From Bacteroidales bacterium (GTDB lineage Bacteria; Bacteroidota; Bacteroidia; Bacteroidales; P3), in assembly GCA_017645585.1 (NCBI GenBank), contig JAGCOF010000007.1:49-64048 (forward strand): 64,000 bases of DNA. The letters are read 5' to 3'. This document shows, piece by piece, positions 54,194-64,000 of this stretch (position 1 is its first letter; every line of letters starts with the position of its first letter). The position numbers and the translations under genes are program-made. Below the pieces are notes generated by a model that was given only the letters and a program-made list of their open reading frames with translations, was not told where the DNA came from and did not search any database.

Positions 54194-55068
54194 AGCAATA
54201 AAAACGCTCCGATGGAATAAAATAAGGAAAGCAGGAAGATGCTCATTACCAGCAATGGCAACATAGGGTCGAGGCGCTTGCCTTCTCGGCGCCATACACC
54301 CACAATGTGCAATACGAACAGGGGCATGGTACACAGCGCCAACCATGCAAAAGTGTTATCTCCGTAATAGGAGGCAGCCATCAACAACCATCCCAGAGTT
54401 ACCAATACCGTTTGGTATATCCTGGCACGTCGCATTCCTATCCTCAACGGGACAGTATTGCGGATGCCCTCATCGGAAGCCATGTCACGGATATTGTTAA
54501 CATTCAGTACCGCCACGCTCAGCAGTCCGATGCCAGCCGCTGGTAGCATGTAGTACCAATGTATGTCATGGACAAGCACAAAGAAGCTGCCCAGCACACT
54601 CACCAGGCCAAAGAAGATAAAGACGAATAGGTCGCCGAGACCTTTATATCCATAGGGGCTCCTGCCAAGGGTGTAGTGTGTTGCTGCCCATATGGCCGCC
54701 GCTCCAAGCAGCAGCACCCACCACGGGCAACCAGACACCAGCACCATCGCCAAGCCGCTCACGCAGCAGGCAACCACGGTACCATTGATGGCGCCCCACA
54801 TCTGCCTGACGCTCAGACCACCGTCGGCCATGCTGTAGTTGGGGCCTTCCCTACCCTCGCCGTCCACGCCGCTGAGGTGATCACCCAACTCGTTGCTGAG
54901 GTTGGAGAGTATCTGTAGCAGACAGGCCGTAAGCTGCACCAACACAAATGCCCACCAGCTGCCGGCGTGCCCAAGGCCACCCATGGCAAGCAGACCTCCG
55001 CATACCACTCCCGCCAGTGACAGGGGCAATGTGCGGAGACGCATCGATTTTATTAAAGCCTTTAACAT
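54169..55068 (-). CDS. menA: 1,4-dihydroxy-2-naphthoate polyprenyltransferase (UbiA family)
   Basis: Polytopic membrane protein with an NELGD... Asp-rich motif. Adjacent to menG. Confidence 0.85.
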   Translation of the reverse strand: MLKALIKSMRLRTLPLSLAGVVCGGLLAMGGLGHAGSWWAFVLVQLTACLLQILSNLSNELGDHLSGVDGEGREGPNYSMADGGLSVRQMWGAINGTVVACCVSGLAMVLVSGCPWWVLLLGAAAIWAATHYTLGRSPYGYKGLGDLFVFIFFGLVSVLGSFFVLVHDIHWYYMLPAAGIGLLSVAVLNVNNIRDMASDEGIRNTVPLRIGMRRARIYQTVLVTLGWLLMAASYYGDNTFAWLALCTMPLFVLHIVGVWRREGKRLDPMLPLLVMSIFLLSLFYSIGAFLLLWHTTSAL

Positions 55069-56822
55069 TATTTCACCTCAACCTTGATGCAGAGTTCATC
55101 AAGCTGCTCTTGGCTGATAGGCGAAGGCGACTGGCTCATGACGTCGCGACCCGAGTTGTTCTTCGGGAAGGCTATGAAGTCGCGAATCGAGTCGGCGCCG
55201 GCGAAGATGGAGCAGAGACGGTCGAAGCCGAAGGCGAGACCGGCGTGTGGCGGTGCACCGTAGGTGAAGGCATCCATCAGGAAGCCGAACTGCGCGGCGG
55301 CGCTCTCGTCGGTGAAGCCGAGGGTGTGGAACATCTTGTTCTGCAGGGTGCGGTCGTGGATACGGATGCTGCCGCCACCCACCTCGGTGCCGTTCATCAC
55401 GATGTCGTAGGCGTTGGCGCGTATGTCGCCCCAACGGCTGGGGTCGTCAAGCAGAGGCTCGTCCTCGGGCTTGGGAGCGGTGAAGGGGTGGTGCATGGCG
55501 TAGTAGCGCTGCGTCTCGTCATCCCACTCCAGCAGAGGGAAGTCGATAACCCACAGGGGGGCGAACTTCTGCGGGTCACGCAGGCCGAGCTGGTTGCCCA
55601 TCTCGAGGCGCAGGGCGCAGAGCTGCGTGCGCGTCTTCATGGCGGGGCCACAGAGCAACAGCATCAGGTCGCCGGGCTTGGCGCCCATCTTGTCGGCGAT
55701 GGCCTTCAGGGCCTCGGCGTCGTAGAACTTGTCGACGCTGCTCTTGAAACTGCCGTCAGCGTTGTACTTGATGTACACCATGCCGCCGGCACCCACCTGC
55801 GGACGCTTGACGAAGTCGGTCAGCGCGTCGAGCTGCTTGCGGGTGTATTCGGAGCAGCCCTCGGCCACGATGCCCACCACCAGCTCGGCACCGTCGAAGA
55901 GGCCAAAGCCGTGGCCCTTGACCACGTCGGTCACTTCTTTGAATTCCATGCCGAAACGGATATCGGGCTTGTCGGAGCCGTAGAGGCGCATGGCGTCGTG
56001 CCAAGTCATGCGGGGGAACTTATCGAACTCAATGCCTTTCATCTCCTTGAAGAGGTGCTTGGCCAAGCCTTCGAACATATTGAGCACATCCTCCTGGTGC
56101 ACGAAACTCATCTCGCAGTCGATCTGCGTGAACTCCGGCTGACGGTCGGCACGCAGGTCCTCATCGCGGAAGCAGCGCACAATCTGGAAGTAGCGGTCCA
56201 TGCCGGCCACCATCAGCAGCTGCTTGTACTGCTGCGGACTCTGCGGCAAAGCGTAGAACTCGCCGGGGTTCATGCGGCTGGGCACCACAAAATCGCGGGC
56301 ACCTTCGGGGGTGCTCTTGATGAGCATCGGGGTCTCAATCTCCAGGAAGTCGCGCTCGCTAAGATAGTTCCTCACCAGCATAGCCATCTTGTGGCGCATC
56401 ACGAGGTTGTTCTTCACGGGGTTGCGGCGGATGTCGAGGTAGCGGTACTTCATGCGCAGATCGTCGCCACCGTCGCTCTGGTCCTCGATGGTGAAGGGAG
56501 GCGTCTTGGCCTCGTTGAGGATGGTCAGCTCCGCGACCTCTATCTCAATCTCACCGGTAGGTATCTTCGTATTCTTCGAGCTGCGCTCGATGACCTTGCC
56601 GGTCACCTGGATAACGTATTCGCGTCCCAACTTGCGGGCCTGCTCGCAGAGCGGCGCGTTGGACTCCATGTTGAAAGCCAACTGCGTGATACCGTAACGG
56701 TCGCGCAGGTCGATAAAGGTCATGCCGCCCAGGTCGCGCGAGCGCTGCACCCATCCGGCGAGGGTCACTGTCTGTCCCACATTGGCGAGTCTCAACTCGC
56801 CACAAGTATTTGTCCTATACAT
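55068..56822 (-). CDS. aspS: Aspartate--tRNA ligase
   Basis: [11 protein letters not shown]... N-terminus. Class IIb motifs ([34 protein letters not shown]). Confidence 0.95.
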   Translation of the reverse strand: MYRTNTCGELRLANVGQTVTLAGWVQRSRDLGGMTFIDLRDRYGITQLAFNMESNAPLCEQARKLGREYVIQVTGKVIERSSKNTKIPTGEIEIEVAELTILNEAKTPPFTIEDQSDGGDDLRMKYRYLDIRRNPVKNNLVMRHKMAMLVRNYLSERDFLEIETPMLIKSTPEGARDFVVPSRMNPGEFYALPQSPQQYKQLLMVAGMDRYFQIVRCFRDEDLRADRQPEFTQIDCEMSFVHQEDVLNMFEGLAKHLFKEMKGIEFDKFPRMTWHDAMRLYGSDKPDIRFGMEFKEVTDVVKGHGFGLFDGAELVVGIVAEGCSEYTRKQLDALTDFVKRPQVGAGGMVYIKYNADGSFKSSVDKFYDAEALKAIADKMGAKPGDLMLLLCGPAMKTRTQLCALRLEMGNQLGLRDPQKFAPLWVIDFPLLEWDDETQRYYAMHHPFTAPKPEDEPLLDDPSRWGDIRANAYDIVMNGTEVGGGSIRIHDRTLQNKMFHTLGFTDESAAAQFGFLMDAFTYGAPPHAGLAFGFDRLCSIFAGADSIRDFIAFPKNNSGRDVMSQSPSPISQEQLDELCIKVEVK

Positions 56823-56856
56823 AGTTCTGTATTATTTTCATACAAAAAACACCGTG

Positions 56857-56864
56857 CAAAGATA
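56857..56864 (-). promoter_or_regulatory. -7 box TATCTTTG upstream of aspS-menA-menG
   Basis: 34 nt before ATG 56822. Confidence 0.55.
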
Positions 56865-56897
56865 GTGAAAATATTTCATATTTCACCTCCGAACGTT

Positions 56898-57350
56898 CTA
56901 TTCTTTGTTCCAGAAAACACTCTCTCCGATTCCCAACACAGACCCTTTGATGCGCAGACGTCCGTCAGCGACAAACTCAGCGGTCATGGAAGCCTTCAAA
57001 CCGCGTTGCGGGTCGTAGATTTTGGTGTCGTTCCAGCAGTGCTTCTTGGAGTCATACTTTAAGCCGGAAAAGAGCACCACCTGATCGGCCGGCTTGGAGC
57101 GGAGGTTTTTGTCCGGATTTTTGGTATCCAGTATCTTGTTGCCCTTTGCATCTTTGTCGCGCTCCATCCAGATAACCTGACCACGATAGGTACCATCGGT
57201 CAGTTTGACAATCTTCGCCCTAAACCGATCGTCCCCTTGTTTCCCTGAATAGGTGCCAACAATATTGTCAGCCTTGTCGTTGAGAACGCTCTGGGCAACC
57301 ATCGGGCTGGCGCAGATAAATGCCATCAAAATAAGAATCAGTCTTTTCAT
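56898..57350 (-). CDS. DUF2147 domain-containing secreted protein
   Basis: 150 aa with a signal peptide. IVGTY...G.VIW...D.KNPD...R and IYDP..G pattern. Confidence 0.7.
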   Translation of the reverse strand: MKRLILILMAFICASPMVAQSVLNDKADNIVGTYSGKQGDDRFRAKIVKLTDGTYRGQVIWMERDKDAKGNKILDTKNPDKNLRSKPADQVVLFSGLKYDSKKHCWNDTKIYDPQRGLKASMTAEFVADGRLRIKGSVLGIGESVFWNKE

Positions 57351-57383
57351 TTTTTCAAAATATTTATTTTTAATCTAATTCAA

Positions 57384-58769
57384 TCATTCATACCCACCCT
57401 TCAAATCCAGCAACCGGCGGCGAGCCACAGCATACGTGGTGAGGCGATCGGTAATAGCATTCTGTGCCTGCAGCAGAAGGGCATGAGCCTGCAACACGTC
57501 GGCGATGGTAATGACCCCTGCCTCGTAGTTGAGTGTGGCAAGCCGGTAGTTTTCCCGGGCAATCTCCAATGCTGCCGAGTCGGACTTGAGCAGCACGGCC
57601 GCATCGAGCATATCACTCAAAGCCTTATCCTCCTCTATCGACATCATACGACCCAAGTGTTCTTGCTGTAGACGGGCTTCAGCAATACGGATATCATGCT
57701 GCCGGAGTTTCTGTGAAGTTTCCCACCAACTGGTCAGCGGTATGGAAAGCGAGAGCAATGCTAGTGCATTAGCCGAAGGGTCGGTTTTAATCATATTGCC
57801 ATAATAGGCCGTCCCTATCAGGGTAAGCTGGGGTAAAGCTTCGCCGAGGGTGAGTCTCCGCTGCAACTGTTCGGCCTCAACATTCAACTGCAGCAACTGT
57901 ACCTCCGGGCGAGAAGAATCAAGCGCAGGAAGGGGCGTGTGAAGTGAGGGATATGGAGAGTGAAGCTGAGGGTCGACAAAAAGCAATGTGTCGCTGTATT
58001 CGATGCCAATCTGGGTGCACAGCAGGCGTTTCGCGAGGCGAATGCCGCTGGCAAGTTGCTGCTGGTTGGCGAGCATCTCGTTGCGTTTCAGTTGCAGTTG
58101 TAATACATCGGCACGTGTAACGAGACCATTGTCCAACGCCGCATGTACAATACGGTCGAGCGAATCGATGAGGTTCAACGCCGCAGCCACCGTCGTCTCT
58201 TTCTGCTGCAACCCCACCACAAGAAAGTATGTCGACTCGATATTCTCAACAATGTCGCGCACCTTCATCTCACCCTGCAACTCAGCAGCTCTTACGCCAA
58301 GATCTGCCAATTTGTTTCCATTGACGATACGACCGCCAGCGAAAAGTGGCTGAGCTAAAACCACCGAGCCGCTAACGCCTTTCTTCATTAGTGAGATTTC
58401 CTTCTGCACGTCAGTCTCTGAGGAGACCAAATCGTAGATATCCTGGAGCAACTCGCGCATATCATTCGACTGGATATCCTCCAATCCAAAATGGATAAGC
58501 GGGTTGGCCGAATAGTAGCCAAGTCCCGCCAGGTTGACCTGTGGGAAATACTTGGTAAATACCTGCTGTTTCACAGCGCGGGCGCGCTCTATCTCCAATT
58601 TGGTGGTGCGAATTTCCGTATTGTTACGCTTCGCAAGGGCCAGACAGCTGTCGAGAGAAAGCGTCTGGGCGGAGAGCGGTGAATGGAGCGAAGGAAGCAG
58701 CATAAAGCAGAGGAACACCACAAGTGTCACAAGCTCGCTCTTATGCTTGTTTCCAAGCCATGTATGCAC
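57384..58769 (-). other. TolC-like OMF module; possible independent initiation at in-frame GTG 58769
   Basis: The in-frame GTG (plus-strand cac at 58767-58769) would give MHTWLGNKHKSELVTLVVFLCFMLLPSLHSPLSAQ, a plausible signal peptide. This is hypothetical. Confidence 0.35.
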
Positions 58770-61700
58770 AGGACGTACATTCTGACGCTTTCTGTTTTCG
58801 AAAGCCACACAGTAGGCCACAGGAAGGATGGTAATAACCAGCGGCAGGGTGAAGAGTGTGCCAAAACAGATAACCACACCCATAGGCATCCACAACATTG
58901 TGCCGGCCAAAATCATAGGCACAACACCAATAGCTGTCGTTGCCGAAGTAAGGAAGATTGGCCGCATACGACGCAGGCCGGCATAATAAGCGGCTTCTGT
59001 CACCGACATCAGCTCCTTATTCCTCAACTCGGCCACATAGTCGTACATAATAATGGCATTGCGCACGATGATGCCCACCAGCGAGATAAGGCCTAGCACT
59101 GCCGTGATAGAGAAGTCGAGGTCAAAAAGCCAAAGGCCGATATTGGAGCCAAACACACAGAGCACCGCCATAGAAATAGCCAACAGGGAGATGTTGAGCT
59201 TTCCATAATGGATGATAAGTACAAGGAACATGACACAGATGGCGGCAATGACAGCCAGAACCAATCGAGGCAGCAGTTTGGCCGAGACCGCAAAGGTTCC
59301 ACCAGGTTCCACGGTGACTCCTTCAGGAAGTTCTATCTTGTCCAACGCTCGTTGTATTTTATAGTATTCTCTTATCTGCCCTGCTCCCGGAATCACATCA
59401 GCCGACACAGTGACACAGCGCACTCCGTTGCGGTGCGGCATATTGTTGTGGTGGAATCGCGGAACAATATCTGCCACCTGTCGCAAGGGCACCCAAGCCC
59501 CAGGCTGTGCACAAGGAACCATCAGGTCGCCCAACGAGCCATAATCGATACGTTGCTTGCCCTCCGAATAGATGGCAATGGGAATATTGTAGTCACCCTC
59601 CCAGAGGGTAGAGAGGGCCGTTCCCGAAAGGGCGCCGTTAAGATAAACTGAGAGCGTAGACTGTGTAATACCCAACCTGTTGGCTGCATCGGTCTTCAGC
59701 ACCACATCAACCATCTCCTCTGTCTCATCATAGTCGGAATGGACGTAGAATAGTTTGGGGTTTTGCTTCATCAATCGCAGCAACGTGTCACGCACACTAG
59801 CGATATCGCCGTAATTGTCTCCCTTCAAATAAAACTCCACCGGCGCCAATACATATTGATAATCCATCTGTTTAAACCGTATCTGGGCCTGTGGGAAGAT
59901 ATTCTCGTACCGCTGCGCATATTCGGCAATCAGCCCCTTGGTGTCATTGTCGCCCGTCGTATTGACGATAAACTGGGCATAGTGGTCTGACGCCAACTGA
60001 GGGGCATAGGTCAGGTGGAATCGGGGCGACGACATACCAACAAATGAAGTAACGCTCTTCACCCGCGGGTCTTGCATCAGCAAAGCCGACAGCGAGTCGG
60101 CTACCGCATCCGTCTCCTCAATCGACGAACTCGCAGCCATATGGATCTCCACAGCGAAACTGTCGCGCTCAGCTTTCGGCAGTATCTGCATATTTAGTTG
60201 AGTGAAAATAAATGCACCCAGCAGAGTCAACCCTCCTCCCGTCGCAAGGGTGAGTATCTTGTAGCGGAAACAGAACGTGAGCAGCTTTTGGTAGCCCCGT
60301 TGCAGCCATTCAAAGAATTGATTTTGCATCCGGTCCAGCCGTCCGGGCTGTTTCATTGTAGAGTGTTTGATATAACGCGAAGAAATGAACGGAATAACTT
60401 GGATAGCATAAAAGAAACTACAGGCCAACGCGATGAGGATAGTCCATGGGAAGAGTTCTACAAAATCACCCATCATGTTCCCTTTAAGAATGACCAATGC
60501 AGGGAAAAACATCATAGCGATAGAAGCGGTGGCAAAAAGCATCGAATTGGCCAATTTGCTGGTTGACACTACAGCAGAATACCATCGCGAGTGTCCCGCA
60601 CGTAACAAATCCGTGTATCCGTCAATAACCACCACCGAATCATCCACTATCATACCCAGCACGGCGATGAGTGCAGCCAATGTTACCGTATTCAGCTCGA
60701 AGCCTATAAAATACATAATGCCCAGCGTGGCCGCAATACATATAGGTACCGATGTGGAACTGATCAGGGCCGTCCGCAACGGGAAAAGCATAAGCATCAC
60801 AAAGATGACGATGAGGATGGCTTCGAGCAGATCCTTGAGGAAAGAGCGTACCGATTTATCCACCACCTTGGGCTGGTCGGTGATGCGGTGGATGTGAATG
60901 TCTGGGGTGATGCCGGCTTCGTACTCTTTGATAATGTTTTCCACTTTGGCACCAAAGTCCACCACATTGTTGCCCGGTCGCATCTCTATCGAAAGCATGA
61001 TACAACGGTTATCCTTCACCGTAGCATCGCTGTATTTGATATGGGGCTTCGACTCCTCGTATCGCGACTCGATTGTAGCCACATCACGCAGCCGCAAGGT
61101 CTGTCCTGTTTCGGGGTCGGCAAAGATAACCAACTCACTTAGGTCGTATATGTTTCCAAAGGGGATAGTGACGTGCACCAATGCGCTCCCTTCGTTGTTG
61201 CTCACTTTGCCCGAGATAGTTCTGAAGCCGTGGGCCGCCAATTCGGCCGACACTACCGAAGGCGAAATGGCATACTGTGTAAGCTTCATGGGATCCATGT
61301 GCACCGCTATCTCCTCTTTCTGGGCGCCCACCTCACTGATACGTCCCATCTCGGGGATAGCACGCAAACGGGCCGACAACTGCTTGGCGACAGCTTCCAA
61401 TTCACGCGGCGAACGCTCAGCACTCTCGATGGCCAACAGCAGCGACGACGCGTTGCCAAAATCGTCTATAACTGCCGTCGCCACCACGCCCTGCGGCAAA
61501 TTTGTCAAACGATAGAACGCCAAACCCTCACGAATACGCGACCACGTGATTTTGGGGTCATCGTTTGAGTGTACCAACGTCACGAAGACATACAACATGC
61601 CGTTCTGGCTATACGAATAGGTGTTGTTCTTATCCACATCGGTGAAGGTGAACAGATACTCCTCCACCTTGCCGGCCACTTGCTCCTCTATCTCTTCGGC

Positions 61701-61877
61701 GGTGGCGCCAGGATAAACAACGGCCACCACGCCCTGCATAACCTTGACGTCGGGGAATTCGTTTTTATTCAGATGGGGCAGCGCGTAGATACCCAACACA
61801 ATAGCTATCAACACCGTAAATGCGAGGATGGGGAAACTCCGCATCGCGCCCTCTATCATATTTCTTCTTCGGGCCAT
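57384..61877 (-). CDS. RND efflux permease fused in frame to a TolC-like outer-membrane factor (single 1497-aa ORF)
   Basis: Residues 1 to ~1030 are AcrB-like, with 12 predicted TM segments by eye. Residues ~1037-1497 are TolC/OMF-like and have their own signal-peptide-like segment (KHKSELVTLVVFLCFMLLPSLHSPLSAQ). No in-frame stop separates the two parts. Confidence 0.8.
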   Translation of the reverse strand: MARRRNMIEGAMRSFPILAFTVLIAIVLGIYALPHLNKNEFPDVKVMQGVVAVVYPGATAEEIEEQVAGKVEEYLFTFTDVDKNNTYSYSQNGMLYVFVTLVHSNDDPKITWSRIREGLAFYRLTNLPQGVVATAVIDDFGNASSLLLAIESAERSPRELEAVAKQLSARLRAIPEMGRISEVGAQKEEIAVHMDPMKLTQYAISPSVVSAELAAHGFRTISGKVSNNEGSALVHVTIPFGNIYDLSELVIFADPETGQTLRLRDVATIESRYEESKPHIKYSDATVKDNRCIMLSIEMRPGNNVVDFGAKVENIIKEYEAGITPDIHIHRITDQPKVVDKSVRSFLKDLLEAILIVIFVMLMLFPLRTALISSTSVPICIAATLGIMYFIGFELNTVTLAALIAVLGMIVDDSVVVIDGYTDLLRAGHSRWYSAVVSTSKLANSMLFATASIAMMFFPALVILKGNMMGDFVELFPWTILIALACSFFYAIQVIPFISSRYIKHSTMKQPGRLDRMQNQFFEWLQRGYQKLLTFCFRYKILTLATGGGLTLLGAFIFTQLNMQILPKAERDSFAVEIHMAASSSIEETDAVADSLSALLMQDPRVKSVTSFVGMSSPRFHLTYAPQLASDHYAQFIVNTTGDNDTKGLIAEYAQRYENIFPQAQIRFKQMDYQYVLAPVEFYLKGDNYGDIASVRDTLLRLMKQNPKLFYVHSDYDETEEMVDVVLKTDAANRLGITQSTLSVYLNGALSGTALSTLWEGDYNIPIAIYSEGKQRIDYGSLGDLMVPCAQPGAWVPLRQVADIVPRFHHNNMPHRNGVRCVTVSADVIPGAGQIREYYKIQRALDKIELPEGVTVEPGGTFAVSAKLLPRLVLAVIAAICVMFLVLIIHYGKLNISLLAISMAVLCVFGSNIGLWLFDLDFSITAVLGLISLVGIIVRNAIIMYDYVAELRNKELMSVTEAAYYAGLRRMRPIFLTSATTAIGVVPMILAGTMLWMPMGVVICFGTLFTLPLVITILPVAYCVAFENRKRQNVRPVHTWLGNKHKSELVTLVVFLCFMLLPSLHSPLSAQTLSLDSCLALAKRNNTEIRTTKLEIERARAVKQQVFTKYFPQVNLAGLGYYSANPLIHFGLEDIQSNDMRELLQDIYDLVSSETDVQKEISLMKKGVSGSVVLAQPLFAGGRIVNGNKLADLGVRAAELQGEMKVRDIVENIESTYFLVVGLQQKETTVAAALNLIDSLDRIVHAALDNGLVTRADVLQLQLKRNEMLANQQQLASGIRLAKRLLCTQIGIEYSDTLLFVDPQLHSPYPSLHTPLPALDSSRPEVQLLQLNVEAEQLQRRLTLGEALPQLTLIGTAYYGNMIKTDPSANALALLSLSIPLTSWWETSQKLRQHDIRIAEARLQQEHLGRMMSIEEDKALSDMLDAAVLLKSDSAALEIARENYRLATLNYEAGVITIADVLQAHALLLQAQNAITDRLTTYAVARRRLLDLKGGYE

Positions 61878-61880
61878 ATC

Positions 61881-62909
61881 CTATCTCGTTTTCACCTTCG
61901 CGCCGGTGTACAGCTTCTGCTGTCCGGCAATAATCACCGTATCACCATCCCCAAGTCCCGTCTTTACCACTACACCGTTCCGCACAAAGTCGCCCACTTC
62001 AATCCAACGGTGCTCAGCCTTGCCATTATTCACTACCCACACCACTGTACCCTCAGGCATCGTTTGTACGCAACTGCTTGGCACCACAATGCCTCCCAAG
62101 TCATTCAGCTTCATGTGCACTTTGGCCACCATATCGGGCAACAGATTCTTCACATTGCCTGACACAATCGAGGCATACACCTTATAGGTATGTCCCAGCG
62201 GATTGGCGCTAAGACTCTTGTCACTAACGCGCAATGTCAGTTGTCCGTCCCCCATCGAAGGAATCTCGGCTGTAGCTTCGTCACCTATATTGATAAGCGA
62301 TATCTCCTGCTCGGGAACCGAGAACTGCACCCTTAAACGCCGCATATCGAGCAGCCGCGCGAACGGCTCGCCCGGGCGCATATCCTGACCCACCAAAGGA
62401 GAGCCGCACGACACCACTCCGCTGAACGGCGCACGGAGGGAGCAGTCCTCCATGTGTTTGCGGGCACTCACCTCTGCTTGGCGCGCTTTCTCCAGGTTGG
62501 TCTCCATCTCCACCCACTTCACTTCACTCAGACCACCTTCGCGATGTACTGCCTCCAAGCGGCGGTAGGCATCCTCCGCCTGACGCAGGGCGGCCAACGA
62601 AGTAGCATGCAGGCTGGTTGCCGAAGTCGCATCCACCTCTGCCAAGAGCTGTCCCTTGACAACATAGTCGCCATTCTTCACAGCCACCTTAGTCAATGTA
62701 CCACCTAATGGGAATGAAAGACTCACCTCTTGTTCCGATCCAATGTCTCCCACATAATTACGTTCCGTGGGCATATTTCCGTCTCCCACCGCAAGAGTTT
62801 CGACCAATATCGAATCGTTCCAACCCGAAGGCGCTTTGTCTTTTCTACCGCAAGAAAATAGCAGCGTAACAATTCCGGTCACTAAAATCAACCTATACCA
62901 TTTCATCAT
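61881..62909 (-). CDS. Efflux RND periplasmic adaptor (MFP/HlyD family) lipoprotein
   Basis: Lipoprotein signal (LLFSCG) with barrel-sandwich and coiled-coil pattern. Lies directly upstream of the RND ORF with a 3-nt gap. Confidence 0.85.
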   Translation of the reverse strand: MMKWYRLILVTGIVTLLFSCGRKDKAPSGWNDSILVETLAVGDGNMPTERNYVGDIGSEQEVSLSFPLGGTLTKVAVKNGDYVVKGQLLAEVDATSATSLHATSLAALRQAEDAYRRLEAVHREGGLSEVKWVEMETNLEKARQAEVSARKHMEDCSLRAPFSGVVSCGSPLVGQDMRPGEPFARLLDMRRLRVQFSVPEQEISLINIGDEATAEIPSMGDGQLTLRVSDKSLSANPLGHTYKVYASIVSGNVKNLLPDMVAKVHMKLNDLGGIVVPSSCVQTMPEGTVVWVVNNGKAEHRWIEVGDFVRNGVVVKTGLGDGDTVIIAGQQKLYTGAKVKTR

Positions 62910-62945
62910 TATTCAGTGTATTTTTATGAAGGCAAGAAGTACGAA

Positions 62946-63923
62946 TTACGGATTATGTTTCAGGCGCAGCAACATCGGCAGGTGGTCGCTGAGGCCGCCC
63001 TCGTAGCGGGGCCCCACATTGGTACGCTTGGGGCGCATTCCCGGACGGCTGCTCTCTTCGGTAAGCAGGTGGTCGAACTTCAGCAGCTTCAGCTTCTTCA
63101 CCTCCCAACTGTCACCGGCCAGCAGGAATACTTGGTCAATATAGTCCCACTGTCCTTGAAACTTATGGCTGCCCCAATCCCTCGGCAAACGCTGGGTGAG
63201 CAACCGTATACCCTCAGGATTGATACTGTCGGTCCCAAAACCCATACCGTCAACCAGTGGAGCCTCTTCGACGGTAGAGTTCATGTCGCCCATAGCGATA
63301 ACGGCCGCTTGCGGATGGGCGGCATGCAGGTCGTTCATCAAGGTGCGCAACGTGCGGGCCGCCTCGATGCGATGGACTTCGGCTTCGTCGCCGCCACGTT
63401 TCGAGGGCCAATGATTGAGCAACAGCACGACGCTGTCGCCCTCGGCTGTAACACCCTCGACCACCAAAATATCACGTGTGAAGAAACCCGCCGCACTGTC
63501 GCTGAGGCTGACGGGACGGCTGGCGGTGACGCGGAAGCGGTCGCTACGGTAGATGAGGGCCACATCGATGCCGCGTCGGTCGGGCGAGTCGTAGTGCACA
63601 TAGCGGTAGGGCACCTGTGCCAGCGGCGTCCCTTGGCAGAGCTCACGCAGCACATAGTTGTTCTCCACCTCGGCCAACCCCACCACGTCGGGCAGGTCCA
63701 TCATCGTCAGGGTCTTGTAGATACCTTGTATCTTGTCGTTCAACTTGCGGCGCGTCCAATGCAGGTCACCTTGGGGAGTGAACTCGTCGTCGTTGGTCTT
63801 GGGGTCGTCACGCAGGTCAAACAGGTTCTCCACATTCCACCAGGCGGCGGTAAACGTGGAGAACTCTTGCGCTTGCGATGAAAGAGGTATCATCAGCAAC
63901 AATATAGCAACCAAGTGTTTCAC
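62946..63923 (-). CDS. Endonuclease/exonuclease/phosphatase (EEP) family protein, secreted
   Basis: Signal peptide, WWNVENLFD motif, C-terminal SDHLP motif. GTG start. Confidence 0.75.
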   Translation of the reverse strand: MKHLVAILLLMIPLSSQAQEFSTFTAAWWNVENLFDLRDDPKTNDDEFTPQGDLHWTRRKLNDKIQGIYKTLTMMDLPDVVGLAEVENNYVLRELCQGTPLAQVPYRYVHYDSPDRRGIDVALIYRSDRFRVTASRPVSLSDSAAGFFTRDILVVEGVTAEGDSVVLLLNHWPSKRGGDEAEVHRIEAARTLRTLMNDLHAAHPQAAVIAMGDMNSTVEEAPLVDGMGFGTDSINPEGIRLLTQRLPRDWGSHKFQGQWDYIDQVFLLAGDSWEVKKLKLLKFDHLLTEESSRPGMRPKRTNVGPRYEGGLSDHLPMLLRLKHNP

Positions 63924-64000
63924 TCAGCAGCAGGCGTTTCCTCGACCACAGCCTCCTCAACGGCGGGCACTTCCTCGGCGGGGGCGGGAGCCTCCTCGAC
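63924..64000 (-). CDS. 3' end of an upstream gene (partial; E/A/P-rich C-terminus)
   Basis: The minus-strand frame reads ...VEEAPAPAEEVPAVEEAVVEETPAAE then TGA at 63924-63926. It is truncated by the window edge and has no family call. Confidence 0.3.

Overview
This window reads as a Bacteroidota (Bacteroidales-like) chromosomal segment. The evidence is a full type IX secretion (T9SS) gene set, many TAnnTTTG -7 promoter boxes just upstream of start codons, a BspA-type LRR protein, and proteins ending in T9SS C-terminal sorting domains (CTDs). I support about 47 protein-coding genes. I saw no rRNA, tRNA, CRISPR array, transposase, integrase, reverse transcriptase or recognisable defence/toxin genes.

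Gene content by region:
- 0.1-3.6 kb: cell-envelope genes (ldcA, kdsC, rlpA-like).
- 3.7-10.7 kb: porP-gldK-gldL-gldM-gldN plus a second tandem gldN paralog.
- 10.7-15.8 kb, minus strand: miaB-PASTA-T9SS cargo-rluD.
- 15.9-17.2 kb: a DUF5103 (T9SS plug-like) gene.
- 17.6-32.6 kb: an LRR T9SS cargo, tilS and a giant (about 3950 aa) T9SS cargo.
- 32.7-47.5 kb: housekeeping genes (rlmB, ABC ATPase, hutI, TlpA-like, ruvB, usp, flavoprotein, rpmF/yceD, mutB, ackA, LMW-PTP).
- 47.5-51.2 kb: the thrS-infC-rpmI-rplT-rplS block.
- 51.6-63.9 kb: Sel1-repeat protein, aspS-menA-menG, DUF2147, an RND efflux operon and an EEP-family nuclease/phosphatase.

Observations worth a second look:
- Two diverged ~0.3-kb intergenic repeat elements in inverted orientation bracket a 19.3-kb block. 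A third copy is truncated at the window start. Each is bounded by a palindromic motif and contains an 11-bp-periodic iteron-like array.
- The RND pump ORF runs in frame, with no stop codon, into a TolC-like outer-membrane factor.
- Tandem heptanucleotide arrays lie inside three unrelated coding sequences.
- A 29-bp perfect hairpin and TTCAAC repeat arrays lie between the Sel1 gene and thrS.
- The giant CARDB/beta-helix cargo gene has a stop codon that overlaps the tilS start.

I did not find a multi-gene cluster of unknown function that I could defend as a new system. The findings are structural or organisational oddities, all read by eye and needing computational checks.
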